A DNA stretch of 64,000 bases from Longimicrobiales bacterium (GCA_965226375.1 CBDDCX010000006.1:320001-384000); one strand, 5' to 3'. Shown: positions 20,358-30,650, numbered from the stretch's first letter. Notes: a model not told the origin generated them from the letters alone. Numbers and translations: made by a program.

Positions 20358-21466
20358 GTGACGCCGCGGGGGCCGCGACCCCCGAGGCTGGGGCGGGGCC
20401 GGCGGCTCCAGATGCCGAGGTGGCCGTTTCTCCTTTCATCGCGGCGTGCCGTTGTGAGCCGGTGGAGTACACCCCGGTGTGGATCATGCGGCAGGCCGGA
20501 CGTTACCTGCCCGAGTACCGGAAGATCAGGGCGGAGGTCGACTTTCTGACGCTCACCAAGACGCCCGACCTGGCAGCCGAGGTGACGATTCAACCGATCC
20601 GTCGCTTCGGGATGGACGCCGCCATTCTCTTCAGCGACATCATGACGCCCATCGAGGGTATGGGCGTGTCTCTCGACTTCGCACCCGGGCCGGTGATCGA
20701 GAACCCGATTCGGACCTTGGCTCAGGTGGATGCGCTCCGGGTGCCTGATCCTGAGGAGAGCGTGCCCTTCGTTCTCGAGACCGTGCGCATTCTGAGCGGG
20801 GAACTCCCCGTGTCGGCGCCACTGATCGGGTTTGCCGGAGCCCCCTTCACGGTCTTCTGTTACTTGGTCCAGGGGCATGGCTCCAAGACCTTCGCTGAAG
20901 CCAAGGGCTTTCTGTTCGCCGAGCCGGAGGCCTCCCACAAGCTTCTCGAGAAGCTTGCCGACACAACGATCGCCTACATGCGGGCACAGGCCGATGCGGG
21001 TGCTCAGGCGCTCATGCTCTTCGATTCCTGGGCGGGCCTACTGGGACCCGAGGCATATGAGAGGTTCGCGTTCCCGGCGGTTCGACGCGTGATGGAGGCG
21101 CTCCGGCCCCTCGGTGTGCCACTGATCTACTTTCCGAACCAGGGAGCGACGCTGTTGGAGACGGCGCGGGACTGTGGCTCCGACGTGGTCGGGGTCGACT
21201 GGCGACTCCCTCTCTCACGAGCACGGGAGATTCTGGGTCCCGATGTCGCGGTGCAGGGCAATCTCGATCCAGCGGCGCTCTTCGCGTCACGCGATGAGCT
21301 TGGCCGGCAGGTCGATCGGGTGCTCGCTGAGGCGGGTTCCGCGCCCGGACACGTGTTCAACCTCGGTCACGGTATCGAGAGGACCACCGATCCAGACGCT
21401 GTCGCCTTCCTCGTCGACCGGGTCCACGAGGTGTCGAGCCGGGTGGTCAGCGCAGCACGGCCCTAG
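20354..21466 (+). CDS. hemE: Uroporphyrinogen decarboxylase
   Basis: [38 protein letters not shown] start overlapping the hemB stop. Confidence 0.96.
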   Translation: MSDAAGAATPEAGAGPAAPDAEVAVSPFIAACRCEPVEYTPVWIMRQAGRYLPEYRKIRAEVDFLTLTKTPDLAAEVTIQPIRRFGMDAAILFSDIMTPIEGMGVSLDFAPGPVIENPIRTLAQVDALRVPDPEESVPFVLETVRILSGELPVSAPLIGFAGAPFTVFCYLVQGHGSKTFAEAKGFLFAEPEASHKLLEKLADTTIAYMRAQADAGAQALMLFDSWAGLLGPEAYERFAFPAVRRVMEALRPLGVPLIYFPNQGATLLETARDCGSDVVGVDWRLPLSRAREILGPDVAVQGNLDPAALFASRDELGRQVDRVLAEAGSAPGHVFNLGHGIERTTDPDAVAFLVDRVHEVSSRVVSAARP

Positions 21467-21500
21467 TGATCTTGGACAGCGGCGCTCCCGGTCAAAGAGA

Positions 21501-21532
21501 GCTCCCCCCCCGCCTGAACGGCGGAGGGGAGC
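21501..21532. terminator. Hairpin between convergent hemE and nirK
   Basis: GCTCCCC..CCGCC / GGCGG.AGGGGAGC imperfect stem. Confidence 0.5.
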
Positions 21533-21589
21533 GGGATGAGGAGCCCGACGAGAATGAGCCGAAGCATGATCACGTTCTCTGAATGATCG

Positions 21590-22670
21590 CTACTGGATGA
21601 TGGCTGTGGTCTTGGGGTTGGCGTTGAACAGGTCCGGCTGATCCTCGCCGTACACGTTCAGCATGCCCAGGGCGCCCTTGTCGAAGGCCCGGAAGATCGA
21701 GTGGTCGACCAGGATGAAGGTTCCGGGCACGTCCACGCGGAATTCAGCGATGGTGGCGCCGCCCGCGGGAACCAAGGTGGTCTGCACGTTCTTGTTGACG
21801 GTCGAGCCGCCCTCGGGGTAGACGTTGTCGAAGATCTCGCCGATGACGTGGAAGCTGGACACGAGGTTCGGGCCACCGTTGCCGACGAAGAGACGGACCG
21901 TCTCACCCACGTTGGCCGTGAGGGCCAAGTCGTCCGTGAGTGATCCCACGGCTCCGTTGAACACCACGTAGGTCGGGTTCTCGGAAAGGGCCTTCTCGTA
22001 GCTGAAGGGCTGGTGGCCCTTGGCGCCGAAGTTGCCCTGCGTGTAGAACTCACCCTGCATGACGTAGTACTCGTTGTCGACCGGGGGCAGCCCCTCTTCG
22101 GGCTCCACCAGAATCATGCCGTACATCCCGTTGGCGATGTGCATGCCCACGGGGGCCGTGGCGCAGTGGTATACGTAGAGGCCGGGGTTCAGGGCGGTGA
22201 ACGTGAAGACGGTCTCCTGGCCGGGACCGGTGAAGGTGGCCTTGGCTCCGCCGCCGGGGCCTGTCACGGCGTGCAGGTCGATGTTGTGGGGGACCATGCT
22301 GGACTCATGGTTCTTCAGATGGAACTCGACCAGGTCGCCCTCACGTACGCGGATGAAGTTACCCGGCACGTCCCCGCCAAAGGTCCAGAACGTGTAGTCG
22401 ACGCCGTCGGCGATACGCTTGGTAGTCTCCAGGACTTCGAGGTCTACGATCACCTTGGTGGCGGTAGTCCCGGGTGATTGCCGGGGGCACGTTGGGGGCC
22501 GCCACCAGAACGGCCGTCTCTTCGCCCCGAATTTCCGGTGCGGTGCGGACCGGGATGGCCTCGTCATACGTGGTGGTTTTCGGAATAAGGATGCTGGCGG
22601 CCAGTACGACGATCAGTCCAAGAGCAGCCAGCGTCTTCTGGATTCTGCCCGTATGGCTATTCGTGGTCAT
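21590..22670 (-). CDS. nirK: Copper-containing nitrite reductase with a 1-bp frameshift near 22463
   Basis: [46 protein letters not shown]-terminus (MTTNSH...[10 protein letters not shown]) lies in the adjacent frame. Confidence 0.92.
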
Positions 22671-22968
22671 TTTGTAGCTCTCTCTCTCGAGTAGTTGTTG
22701 CTTCGGGTACTCTGCTGCCGATGCCGGGTGTCGCGGCCTCGGGCGGATTATCGATTCACGCATGTCTATATGATCGTTTATCCGTGTGGGTGTGGGAGTC
22801 GGGAGAAAGGGAGTTCGCCGTGTGGGAAAGTGGAGAAGACCGTGTAGGGTTTTTCCCCTGGCCGAAACGTCCGGGCCGACTGCAACTGTCGCGCCATGGC
22901 GCCCCGCGTGTGCCCGCCCTAAGGTGACAGCCATCGCAAAAGGTCCATCGCGGGAGGTACCGGTGTTC

Positions 22969-25524
22969 ATGTTCAAAGGTCTTCGGCCCCAGTCGCTGCT
23001 GTGCGCTCTTCTTCTCGGCGGAACGCTCGCCATCGGGCCCGTCACACCCCATGTCGCCGCGGCTCAGGATGCTCCGGCGGTCAACCCCGACGCGGACCGC
23101 TACGTCCTTCCGTCGGCTTCGATCCGACAGCTGTTCGAGACGGACAAGAACTACGCGACGCTGAACTACATGAGCCCGAACGGTGAGCATTTTGTGGTGC
23201 CGCATGTGACGGAGCTCTCCACCCTCGACCTCATGTCGAGGAAGACCTACCGCTTGGCCGAGCTGGAGCTTCGGCCCCAGACGGATCGGCTCTGGCACCT
23301 GGACACCTACGGGATCGACGGGCTGCGCTTTTACTCGCTCAGCGGGAAGAACTTCGTTGATGTCGATCTTCCCGAAGGCAGCTTCGTGAGCGACCTGACC
23401 TGGTCGCCGGATGGGTCACGGATGGCGTTTCTGGCTCATCTGACCGGCGGTACCGAGGTCTGGACCGCGGACCCGGCGAGCGGCCGAGCCGAGAGCCTCA
23501 GCACCGCGCGTGTTCTGGCCACCGTCGGCACGAGCGCCCGGGGGCAAGGAACCCAGCCCTCCCATATGCTGCAGTGGACCCCGGAGGGGACGGTGATTAC
23601 GCTGATCGTGCCGGAGGACCGAGGGCCGGAGCCGCCGCGCAACCCCGTGCCCACGGGTCCGGTGGTGCGCCGCACACGGGCCGAACCCACGCCCACGCCC
23701 ACCTACCCGAACCTGCTCAGGGACGACCACGACGAGACGCTCTTCGAGCGCTACACCACGAGCCAGGTCGCGGAATTGGAAGAGGGCAGAGCACCCAGAC
23801 TGATGGGTGAGCCGGCCATGTTCGAGTCGATCTCGCTGAGTCCCGACGGCCGGCATCTGCTGACTACCGCCATCGAGCGGCCATTCTCGTTCCGCACAGC
23901 CTATCGAGGGTTCCCTCGTCGGATCTCCGTCATGGACAGACAGGGCACCGTGGTGGTGACGCTGGACGAACGGCCCCTGCAGGAGGGGAGGAGTCGCCCC
24001 GGCGAGGACGCGGGAACGGAGCCGCGGGGGTTCGCGTGGCGGCCCGACGGGGTTGGGATCTCCTACCTGAAGCGGGCGGACGCCGACTCCGATGACAGCG
24101 GGCCCGGTCAGGCCGGAAGCACGCAGCCCGATCGTGTCATGTTGCTCACACCGCCGTTCGATTTGGAGCAGGGTCGGGTCGTGGCCGAGAGCCAAGACCC
24201 GATCAGCTCGGTTACGTATGCACTCGATGGGGCCGGTGCGTTTGCAGGCGTCTCCAAGGACGACGAGTCGGGCCTGGCGTACTGGGACCTGAGTGGGAGC
24301 ACCCCGGCGAGGCGCATGTTGGTCGATTTTCACGAAACCGATGATCCCACCGAGCAGCCCGGTGACCTGTGGACATCTCGTAGCGGGAACGGCATCTCGT
24401 TCGCGCTCGTGTCCTCGGACTCCCGATCGGCATACCTCAAGGGCGACGGGCATAGGGCGGATTTCCGGCCCCAGCCTTTTGTGGACCGGGTTGGTGTATC
24501 CGATGGCTCGACATCGCGAGTGTTCGAGGGTGCAAGCGACTCGTTCGATCGGCCGCTGATCGCCCTCGACGGCGACCTCACCAGCATGATCGTGAGCCGC
24601 GAGTCCATGACGGACTTTCCCCAGAGCTATCGGTGGACCGAGGGCGGCTCCATGGAGCTCCTCACCGACAACGTGGACCCGTTCCCGGCCGTGACCGCCG
24701 CCCGCCGCATCGACTTCGATTTCGAGCGGCAGGACGGAACAGAGGTTCAGGGCCGGGTGTCACTCCCCGTGGACTACGAAGAAGGCCAGAAGGTGCCTGC
24801 CATCTTCTGGACCTACCCACGGGAATACGAACAGCCGGAGGAATACCAGAGCGCCACGGTGCGGGCACGGAATCGGAACGCCTTCACTCACATGAGCTGG
24901 CTGCGTTGGTCCGATATCTGGCTCACGCAGGGCTACGCGCTGATCTATCCCGACATTCCCATCATCGGTGAGAACTACAACGACACGTACATATCGAGTC
25001 TGGTAGACGCGATGTACGGTGCTATTCGGGCGGTGGATGGCCTGGGGATGATCGATATCGATCGCATCGGGCATGGTGGTCACAGCTACGGGGCCTTCGC
25101 GACCGCGAACATCCTGGCCAACAGCCCCTACTTCAAGGCGGGGATCGCCGGGGACGGAGCCTACAACCGGTCGCTGACGCCGGCCGGCTTCCAGGCCGAG
25201 CGCCGGAGCATCTGGGAGGCACCGCAGACCTACATCGAGATGTCCCCCTTCTTCAAGGCCGATCAGATGAACACGCCGCTCCTCATGTACCACGGAGGCG
25301 ATGACAACAACACGGGGACGTTCCCGATTCAGTCGGAGCGCTTTATCCAGGCCCTCACCACGCTCGGCAAGCCCGCCGTCCTCTATGTCTATCCGTACGA
25401 GTCACATACGCCCCGTGCTATCGAGAACAAGCTCGACATGTGGGCGCGCTTCATCGGTTGGTTCGACGAACATGTGAAGGGAGCGGGTGGGGAGGGGGAT
25501 GTCATCTCGGAAGGGGCGCGCTAG
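22969..25524 (+). CDS. S9 family serine peptidase (glutamyl endopeptidase-like)
   Basis: Signal peptide; WTYPREY, GGHSYGAF, GAYNRSLTPxGFQ, DNNTGT, PYESH. Confidence 0.88.
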   Translation: MFKGLRPQSLLCALLLGGTLAIGPVTPHVAAAQDAPAVNPDADRYVLPSASIRQLFETDKNYATLNYMSPNGEHFVVPHVTELSTLDLMSRKTYRLAELELRPQTDRLWHLDTYGIDGLRFYSLSGKNFVDVDLPEGSFVSDLTWSPDGSRMAFLAHLTGGTEVWTADPASGRAESLSTARVLATVGTSARGQGTQPSHMLQWTPEGTVITLIVPEDRGPEPPRNPVPTGPVVRRTRAEPTPTPTYPNLLRDDHDETLFERYTTSQVAELEEGRAPRLMGEPAMFESISLSPDGRHLLTTAIERPFSFRTAYRGFPRRISVMDRQGTVVVTLDERPLQEGRSRPGEDAGTEPRGFAWRPDGVGISYLKRADADSDDSGPGQAGSTQPDRVMLLTPPFDLEQGRVVAESQDPISSVTYALDGAGAFAGVSKDDESGLAYWDLSGSTPARRMLVDFHETDDPTEQPGDLWTSRSGNGISFALVSSDSRSAYLKGDGHRADFRPQPFVDRVGVSDGSTSRVFEGASDSFDRPLIALDGDLTSMIVSRESMTDFPQSYRWTEGGSMELLTDNVDPFPAVTAARRIDFDFERQDGTEVQGRVSLPVDYEEGQKVPAIFWTYPREYEQPEEYQSATVRARNRNAFTHMSWLRWSDIWLTQGYALIYPDIPIIGENYNDTYISSLVDAMYGAIRAVDGLGMIDIDRIGHGGHSYGAFATANILANSPYFKAGIAGDGAYNRSLTPAGFQAERRSIWEAPQTYIEMSPFFKADQMNTPLLMYHGGDDNNTGTFPIQSERFIQALTTLGKPAVLYVYPYESHTPRAIENKLDMWARFIGWFDEHVKGAGGEGDVISEGAR

Positions 25525-25632
25525 CGATGCCGATCGGCCGCATTCCATAGCCTAGTCGCGAGCCTCGAGCGCGCCTACCAGCAGGTCCGTGCTGTTACTA
25601 TCTTATCTGTCGTTCCAGGTAGTGGTGGTGCA

Positions 25633-25706
<74 letters not shown>

Positions 25707-25748
25707 CTGTTGGAAGTCGAAGATATGTCGTGATCTGCCGGGTTCAAT

Positions 25749-25768
25749 CGACAGGACAACCGACAGGA
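25749..25768. repeat. Direct repeat CGACAGGA x2, 12-bp period (integrase arm-type site candidate)
   Basis: CGACAGGA at 25749 and 25761, about 45 bp downstream of tRNA-Ile. Confidence 0.45.
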
Positions 25769-25852
25769 AACGGCCACGGGTCCCTCGCCTTAAGTGTCAG
25801 ACTGTAGACCTCAATCGGTGTCAGTTCCCTTTCTTGCCAACCCATCTTGAGG

Positions 25853-25897
25853 TCAGGTCAGCACGACGATCTTGCCACCGGCTGCATTCTCCTCCAT
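25853..25897 (-). pseudogene. C-terminal remnant of a zinc-binding dehydrogenase/quinone oxidoreductase
   Basis: MEENAAGGKIVVLT* resembles the MDR-family GKIVV C-terminus; cut by IS3. Confidence 0.45.
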
Positions 25898-25938
25898 GCG
25901 GAACCTGTCAACGACAATGGGACACTCTACGGGATTAA

Positions 25939-26946
25939 TTAGAGAGCAATGTCCTGTGTGGTGAGGGAAGGGATGGGAGGATTGATGAAGACGGCCTCCG
26001 GGAGCGGTTTGGGATTCGGCACACCTCTGACGAAGCGTTCGGGATGAGCGGCCCATGCTTCGCGGAGCACGGATTTCCTGCCGGCAATGACCTGATCGGC
26101 GTTCCCGAAGTGGACCTGCTCGGGGGTTAGCATCGAGATGCCGCCATGGCGGTGCTCGGCATTGTACCAGCGGAAGAACGATCGACAGAACGTCTTGGCT
26201 TGGCCCTGATCCCCGAACCGTCCGGGAAACGAGGGATGGTACTTCAAGGTTTTGAACTGAGCCTCGGAAAACGGGTTGTCATCCGACACCTGAGGCCGGC
26301 TCAACGAGCGGGTCACGCCGAGGTCAGCGAGAAGTTGAGCGGTGCATTGGCTCGTCATTGGAGCTCCCCGATCCGAGTGCAGGGTCAGGACCCGGGGCTG
26401 GACGCCATGCTTCAGGCAGCTCTGCTGGATCAACCGGCCGGCCAGGGCCGAGTTCTCCCGGTCCGCCACCATCCAGCCCACGACGTAGCGGCTGTAGATG
26501 TCCATGATGACGTAGAGGTAGTAATAGCTCCACTTCTTCGGCCCGAGCAGCCGCGTGATATCCCAGGACCACACCTGGTTCGGCGCCGTGGCCATCAACT
26601 CGGGCTTCTTGTACTCGGGATGGGTGCGCTGCGCCCGGCGTTCCTGAACCGGCACCTCGGAGGCCAGAACACGATACATCGTGCGTTCGCTGCACAGGTA
26701 GACCTCTTCGTCGAGCAGCGTGGCCACCACCTCGGCGGGTGAGCGGTCCACGAACCGCTCCGAACACAGCGTGTCGAAGACCTCGCCTCGTTCCGTCTCG
26801 CTCAATGCCCGGGCGGGCGTCGGGCGGGGCTGCTGTTGCCCGGTTGATGGGCCTCGACGACGGTACAACGTCGATCGGGAGACCTCGAGGGCCGCGCACG
26901 CCGGTTTTACACCGACGTGCTTAGCCAGCTCATCGGCCGCCTTCAA
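25939..26946 (-). CDS. IS3-family transposase OrfB (DDE/rve)
   Basis: PNQVWSWDIT, DIYSRYVVGW, HSDRG, DDNPFSEAQFKTLK. Confidence 0.93.
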   Translation of the reverse strand: MKAADELAKHVGVKPACAALEVSRSTLYRRRGPSTGQQQPRPTPARALSETERGEVFDTLCSERFVDRSPAEVVATLLDEEVYLCSERTMYRVLASEVPVQERRAQRTHPEYKKPELMATAPNQVWSWDITRLLGPKKWSYYYLYVIMDIYSRYVVGWMVADRENSALAGRLIQQSCLKHGVQPRVLTLHSDRGAPMTSQCTAQLLADLGVTRSLSRPQVSDDNPFSEAQFKTLKYHPSFPGRFGDQGQAKTFCRSFFRWYNAEHRHGGISMLTPEQVHFGNADQVIAGRKSVLREAWAAHPERFVRGVPNPKPLPEAVFINPPIPSLTTQDIAL

Positions 26947-27392
26947 GAGTTTGTCCCGTCGTCGAGGCTTATCCCCAGCAGCCCCGCAACTTTTCCCTGC
27001 ACGTCGATGATCAGGTGTGCCTTCCTGAGCTCATTCCCGAGCCGTGCGTTTCGCCGCTCCAGCTTGCGTACCTTCTCATCCAGCGGATTTCGCTCCGGCT
27101 TGCGGCCGCGTTTCTTCGACAGGGCCTTCAGCGACCCGCTATGCGCCGCCTTGCGCCACGTCGTCAGGTGCGACGAGTACAGGCCCTCTCGCCGCAGGAC
27201 TTGACCCACCTCGCCGGGCTCGGTGCACCGGTCCGCTTCTTCGACGATCCGCAGCTTGTACGACGGACTGAACCGCCGCCGTAGCGGCCTATCTACTACC
27301 TCCGGGTCCGCAGGAGCTGCCGCGCTTCGCTTGGCCTCCCCGGTTCCAGGGGCACTACCATTCTCTGCCATTCTCTCTCGCAGTCCCAACAT
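26943..27392 (-). CDS. IS3-family transposase OrfA (HTH)
   Basis: RRFSPSYKLRIV, LRREGLYSSHL, coiled coil; TTGA overlap with orfB. Confidence 0.9.
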   Translation of the reverse strand: MLGLRERMAENGSAPGTGEAKRSAAAPADPEVVDRPLRRRFSPSYKLRIVEEADRCTEPGEVGQVLRREGLYSSHLTTWRKAAHSGSLKALSKKRGRKPERNPLDEKVRKLERRNARLGNELRKAHLIIDVQGKVAGLLGISLDDGTNS

Positions 27393-27469
27393 GTTCGTTT
27401 TCTCTGCCTTCGCCCTACTCTAATTCTTTGCGTGCTCCGTGTCTCACGTACGTTGGCAGAGAGGGGTGC

Positions 27470-28841
27470 GGGCTTGGGGTCTGACGATCCGATGAGCGGC
27501 CCATGCTTCGCGGAGCACGGATTTCCTGCCGGCAATGACCTGATCGGCGTTCCCTGGACCTGCCTCGGGGGTTAGCATCGAGATGCCGCCATGGCGGTGC
27601 TCGGCATTGTACCAGCGGAAGAACGATCGACAGAACGTCTTGGCTTGGCCCTGTCCCGGACCGTCCGGGAAACGAGGGATGGTACTTCAAGGTTTTCTGA
27701 GCCTCGGAAAAGCGACACCTGAGGCCGGCTCAACGAGCGGGTCACGCCGAGGTCAGCGAGAAGTTGCTGCATTGGCTCGGCGATCCGAGTGAGGGTCAGG
27801 ACCCGGGGCTCCATGAACTTCAGGCAGCTCTGCTGGTCAACCGGCCGGCCAGGGCCGAGTTCTCCCGGTCCGCCACCATCCAGCCCACGACGTAGCGGCT
27901 GTAGATGTCCATGATGACGTAGAGGTAGTAATAGCTCCACTTCTTCGGCCCGAGCAGCCGCGTGATATCCCAGGACCACACCTGGTTCGGCGCCGTGCCA
28001 TCAACTCGGGCTTCTTGTACTCGGGATGGGTGGGTTCCTGAACCGGCACCTCGGAGGCCAGAACACGATACATCGTGCGTTCTGCACAGGTAGACCTCTT
28101 CGTCGAGCAGCGTGGCTCGGCGGGTGAGCGGTGTCCGAACACAGCGTGTGCGAAGACCTCGCCTCGTTCCGTCTCGCTCAATGCCCGGGCGGGCGTCGGG
28201 CGGGGCTGCTGTTGCCCGGTTGATGGGCCTCGACGACGGTACAACGTCGATCGGGAGACCTCGAGGGCCGCGCACGCCGGTTTTACACCGACGTGCTTAG
28301 CCAGCTCATCGGCCGCCTTCAAGAGTTTGTCCCGTCGTCGAGGCTTATCCCCAGCAGCCCCGCAACTTTTCCCTGCACGTCGATGATCAGGTGTGCCTTC
28401 CTGAGCTCATTCCCGAGCCGTGCGTTTCGCCGCTCCAGCTTGCGTACCTTCTCATCCAGCGGATTTCGCTCCGGCTTGCGGCCGCGTTTCTTCGACAGGG
28501 CCTTCAGCGACCCGCTATGCGCCGCCTTGCGCCACGTCGTCAGGTGCGACGAGTACAGGCCCTCTCGCCGCAGGACTTGACCCACCTCGCCGGGCTCGGT
28601 GCACCGGTCCGCTTCTTCGACGATCCGCAGCTTGTACGACGGACTGAACCGCCGCCGTAGCGGCCTATCTACTACCTCCGGGTCCGCAGGAGCTGCCGCG
28701 CTTCGCTTGGCCTCCCCGGTTCCAGGGGCACTACCATTCTCTGCCATTCTCTCTCGCAGTCCCAACATGTTCGTTTTCTCTGCCTTCGCCCTACTCTAAT
28801 TCTTTGCGTGCTCCGTGTCTCACGTACGTTGGCAGAGAGGG
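27470..28841 (-). mobile_element. IS3-family element, copy 2 (orfA identical at 28319-28768, orfB riddled with short deletions, one end missing)
   Basis: Near-identical to 26010-27465 with many small deletions across about 27470-28150. Confidence 0.85.
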
Positions 28842-28856
28842 GTGCTTCCCTCCATG

Positions 28857-29110
28857 GAGGCCCTCGAATCCCTCAGCCAGGAAACGATTCCACCACGTGT
28901 ATCCGGCGGTCCTGCTGATGCCGTAACGCCTACAGGACTCGGAGAAACTGAAGCTGCGTTGCTGAACTTCGAGGATGAAAAGTACTCTTTGCTCGTACAT
29001 GGTCGACTGGTTCCAGTCCATCGGGCTCTCCTTGTTGCAGAACCCTGGTTGATAGGAACCTGTCAACCATCAGTGTAGGCCATTGTGTAAAGGATCAGGG
29101 TAGGCTGTAC
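28857..29110 (-). mobile_element. IS481-family remnant (left end and transposase N-terminus, ATG 29021)
   Basis: MDWNQSTMYEQRVLFI...CRRYGISRTAGYTWWNRF..EG..GL; end with two TGT(C/A)AAxxATCAG units like the IS481 end at 52767-52818. Confidence 0.8.
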
Positions 29111-29619
29111 CCTCGCTTCCGATAACAGGTAGCCGCTCACTGGGATCTTGCGTCCGGGAGGGCCATTTGGCAAACGGTTCCTGCGACTCTGTGTCGCCCG
29201 TCGCGGTCGGCACATCGGGTAGGGCTACAGGTGTCTCCCCCCCTACCGCCACCCTACAGTGGGAAGGCACGAGGAGCTGTTTTCAAGACCCTTTGTCGTC
29301 GGCTGCCCCTTACGCGTTTGCGGGTCCGCCGTGCGCGTGACAAGGGCTATGGCGGGTCTGAAGCGGTCAGGCGTGTGGGGCCTCCGGGGGACTTTTACCG
29401 GCTAAGCCCCATGAGCTTGGGGACAAGGTCAGGCTGCGGACCAAGCGGTTGGCGTGCATACCGAGCTCTGCTGCCTAGTGCGGACCGCGCGCTGGTGCCG
29501 TATGAGTGACGCCGACGACGTTCAGGGTGCCAGCGCCGTCAACGCAGCCATCATCCGCTTCATGCCGTCGGGGAACATCGCTGCCATTGCACTCGGTGCT
29601 TCCTTGCCCTGATCACGCA

Positions 29620-30381
29620 TCACACCTCGCTGCTCGTTATCCTGCTCCGTACGGCTGAGGCTATCTCGGCCAGTACAGCGGGGTCGTCTACCTTCTCGCG
29701 CACCATGCCAACCAGCCACATTATCAAGGCGATGGCTCGGTCCTTGGACAGCATGAGGCCCAAGTCCTTCTTGATCTGAGCTTCGGTGGCCTTCAGCTTG
29801 CGGCCGTGTTCTTGGCAGTGCCTCAGCTCGGTCATCTTCTGCCGCAGGGTCACACCCTGGCCGACCAAGTCGCTTGCCCTTGCCACTAGCCCCCTCACGT
29901 CCTCGGGCGTGTCGTCATCCACTGTGTCCCTCAGGTCGGCCATCACGTCCTGCAGCCGTGCCCAGGCCGCAAAGCCCTCCCCGGTCTCCACCTGCCGGAG
30001 AAGCTCGTCCTCGTAGGCAGTGTTGAGCGCAATCTGCCGGCGTAGCATCGCGTAGTCCGGGTCGCTATACGCCTCACGGAAGTCATCCAGTAAAGCCTCA
30101 GGTATGTACCGCGCTTGCTGTCCATGCACATAGGCCGGGTGGGCCAGCCCGCGTGGTGCCTTCCCCCCATGCCTCGAACATCGCGCCCGGTCCCGCAATG
30201 GCTGGCGCCGGCAAGGCGCCTGCGTGCTGTGCGCCCTGGCTCCGCAAATCTTCCGGTCTTCGTCCTTCTGGATGGCGGCTATCCACCCGGCCCAGCAGGC
30301 GTACCCCGCGTCCCGCGCCTGCTGGTCGTGCTTGGGCGACCAACCACCCCGTGGTATCCTGCTGGGGGCCCTTATTGCCAT
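29620..30381 (-). CDS. HGGxSTG-like Cys/His motif protein (phage/integrative-element associated)
   Basis: ICGARAHSTQAPCRRQP...RCSRHGGKAPRG followed by a helical region; GGAGG RBS. Confidence 0.65.
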   Translation of the reverse strand: MAIRAPSRIPRGGWSPKHDQQARDAGYACWAGWIAAIQKDEDRKICGARAHSTQAPCRRQPLRDRARCSRHGGKAPRGLAHPAYVHGQQARYIPEALLDDFREAYSDPDYAMLRRQIALNTAYEDELLRQVETGEGFAAWARLQDVMADLRDTVDDDTPEDVRGLVARASDLVGQGVTLRQKMTELRHCQEHGRKLKATEAQIKKDLGLMLSKDRAIALIMWLVGMVREKVDDPAVLAEIASAVRSRITSSEV

Positions 30382-30469
30382 GGTGCCTCCATTAGCCAGC
30401 AGGCCTCCATAGGGAGCACCGGCCGTGCCCAGGAAGGTGCACGGCCGCGTCCAGACCATGCTTCTACCA

Positions 30470-30503
30470 TGGGGTTGGTTTTGGGGTTGGTTTTGGGGTT
30501 GGT
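30470..30503. repeat. Tandem 12-bp repeat TGGGGTTGGTTT x2.8
   Basis: Directly visible in the sequence. Confidence 0.9.
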
Positions 30504-30595
30504 GTGACCCGGGTAGACCCCCGTTTCGGGGGGTCCGCGTCCCGTTAGGGTAACGGGCGAATGCCCAGTATTGACACTAAGTTCGCGGAATACGG

Positions 30596-30650
30596 AGGGG
30601 TGCCAGGCGGGGTTAACAGCCAGGCGCTCTGCCAGTTGAGCTACACCCCA
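30596..30650 (-). pseudogene. Damaged tRNA-Asn (GTT): 5' half intact, variable loop and T-arm absent
   Basis: Minus strand TGGGGTGTAGCTCAACTGGCAGAGCGCCTGG-CTGTTAA-CC then ccgcctggCACCCCT; no GTTCGA. Confidence 0.8.

Larger units (their letters stand above)
25899..27465 (-). mobile_element. IS3-family element, copy 1 (intact)
   Basis: orfA + orfB; imperfect IRs TGTCAACGACAATGGGACAC (25906) and GTGTCTCACGTACGTTGGCA (ends 27458); exact ends uncertain by about 7 bp. Confidence 0.88.

Noticed and set aside
30470..30503. CRISPR array or telomeric repeat
   Set aside because: Only about three contiguous 12-bp units, no spacers, no cas genes, internal location
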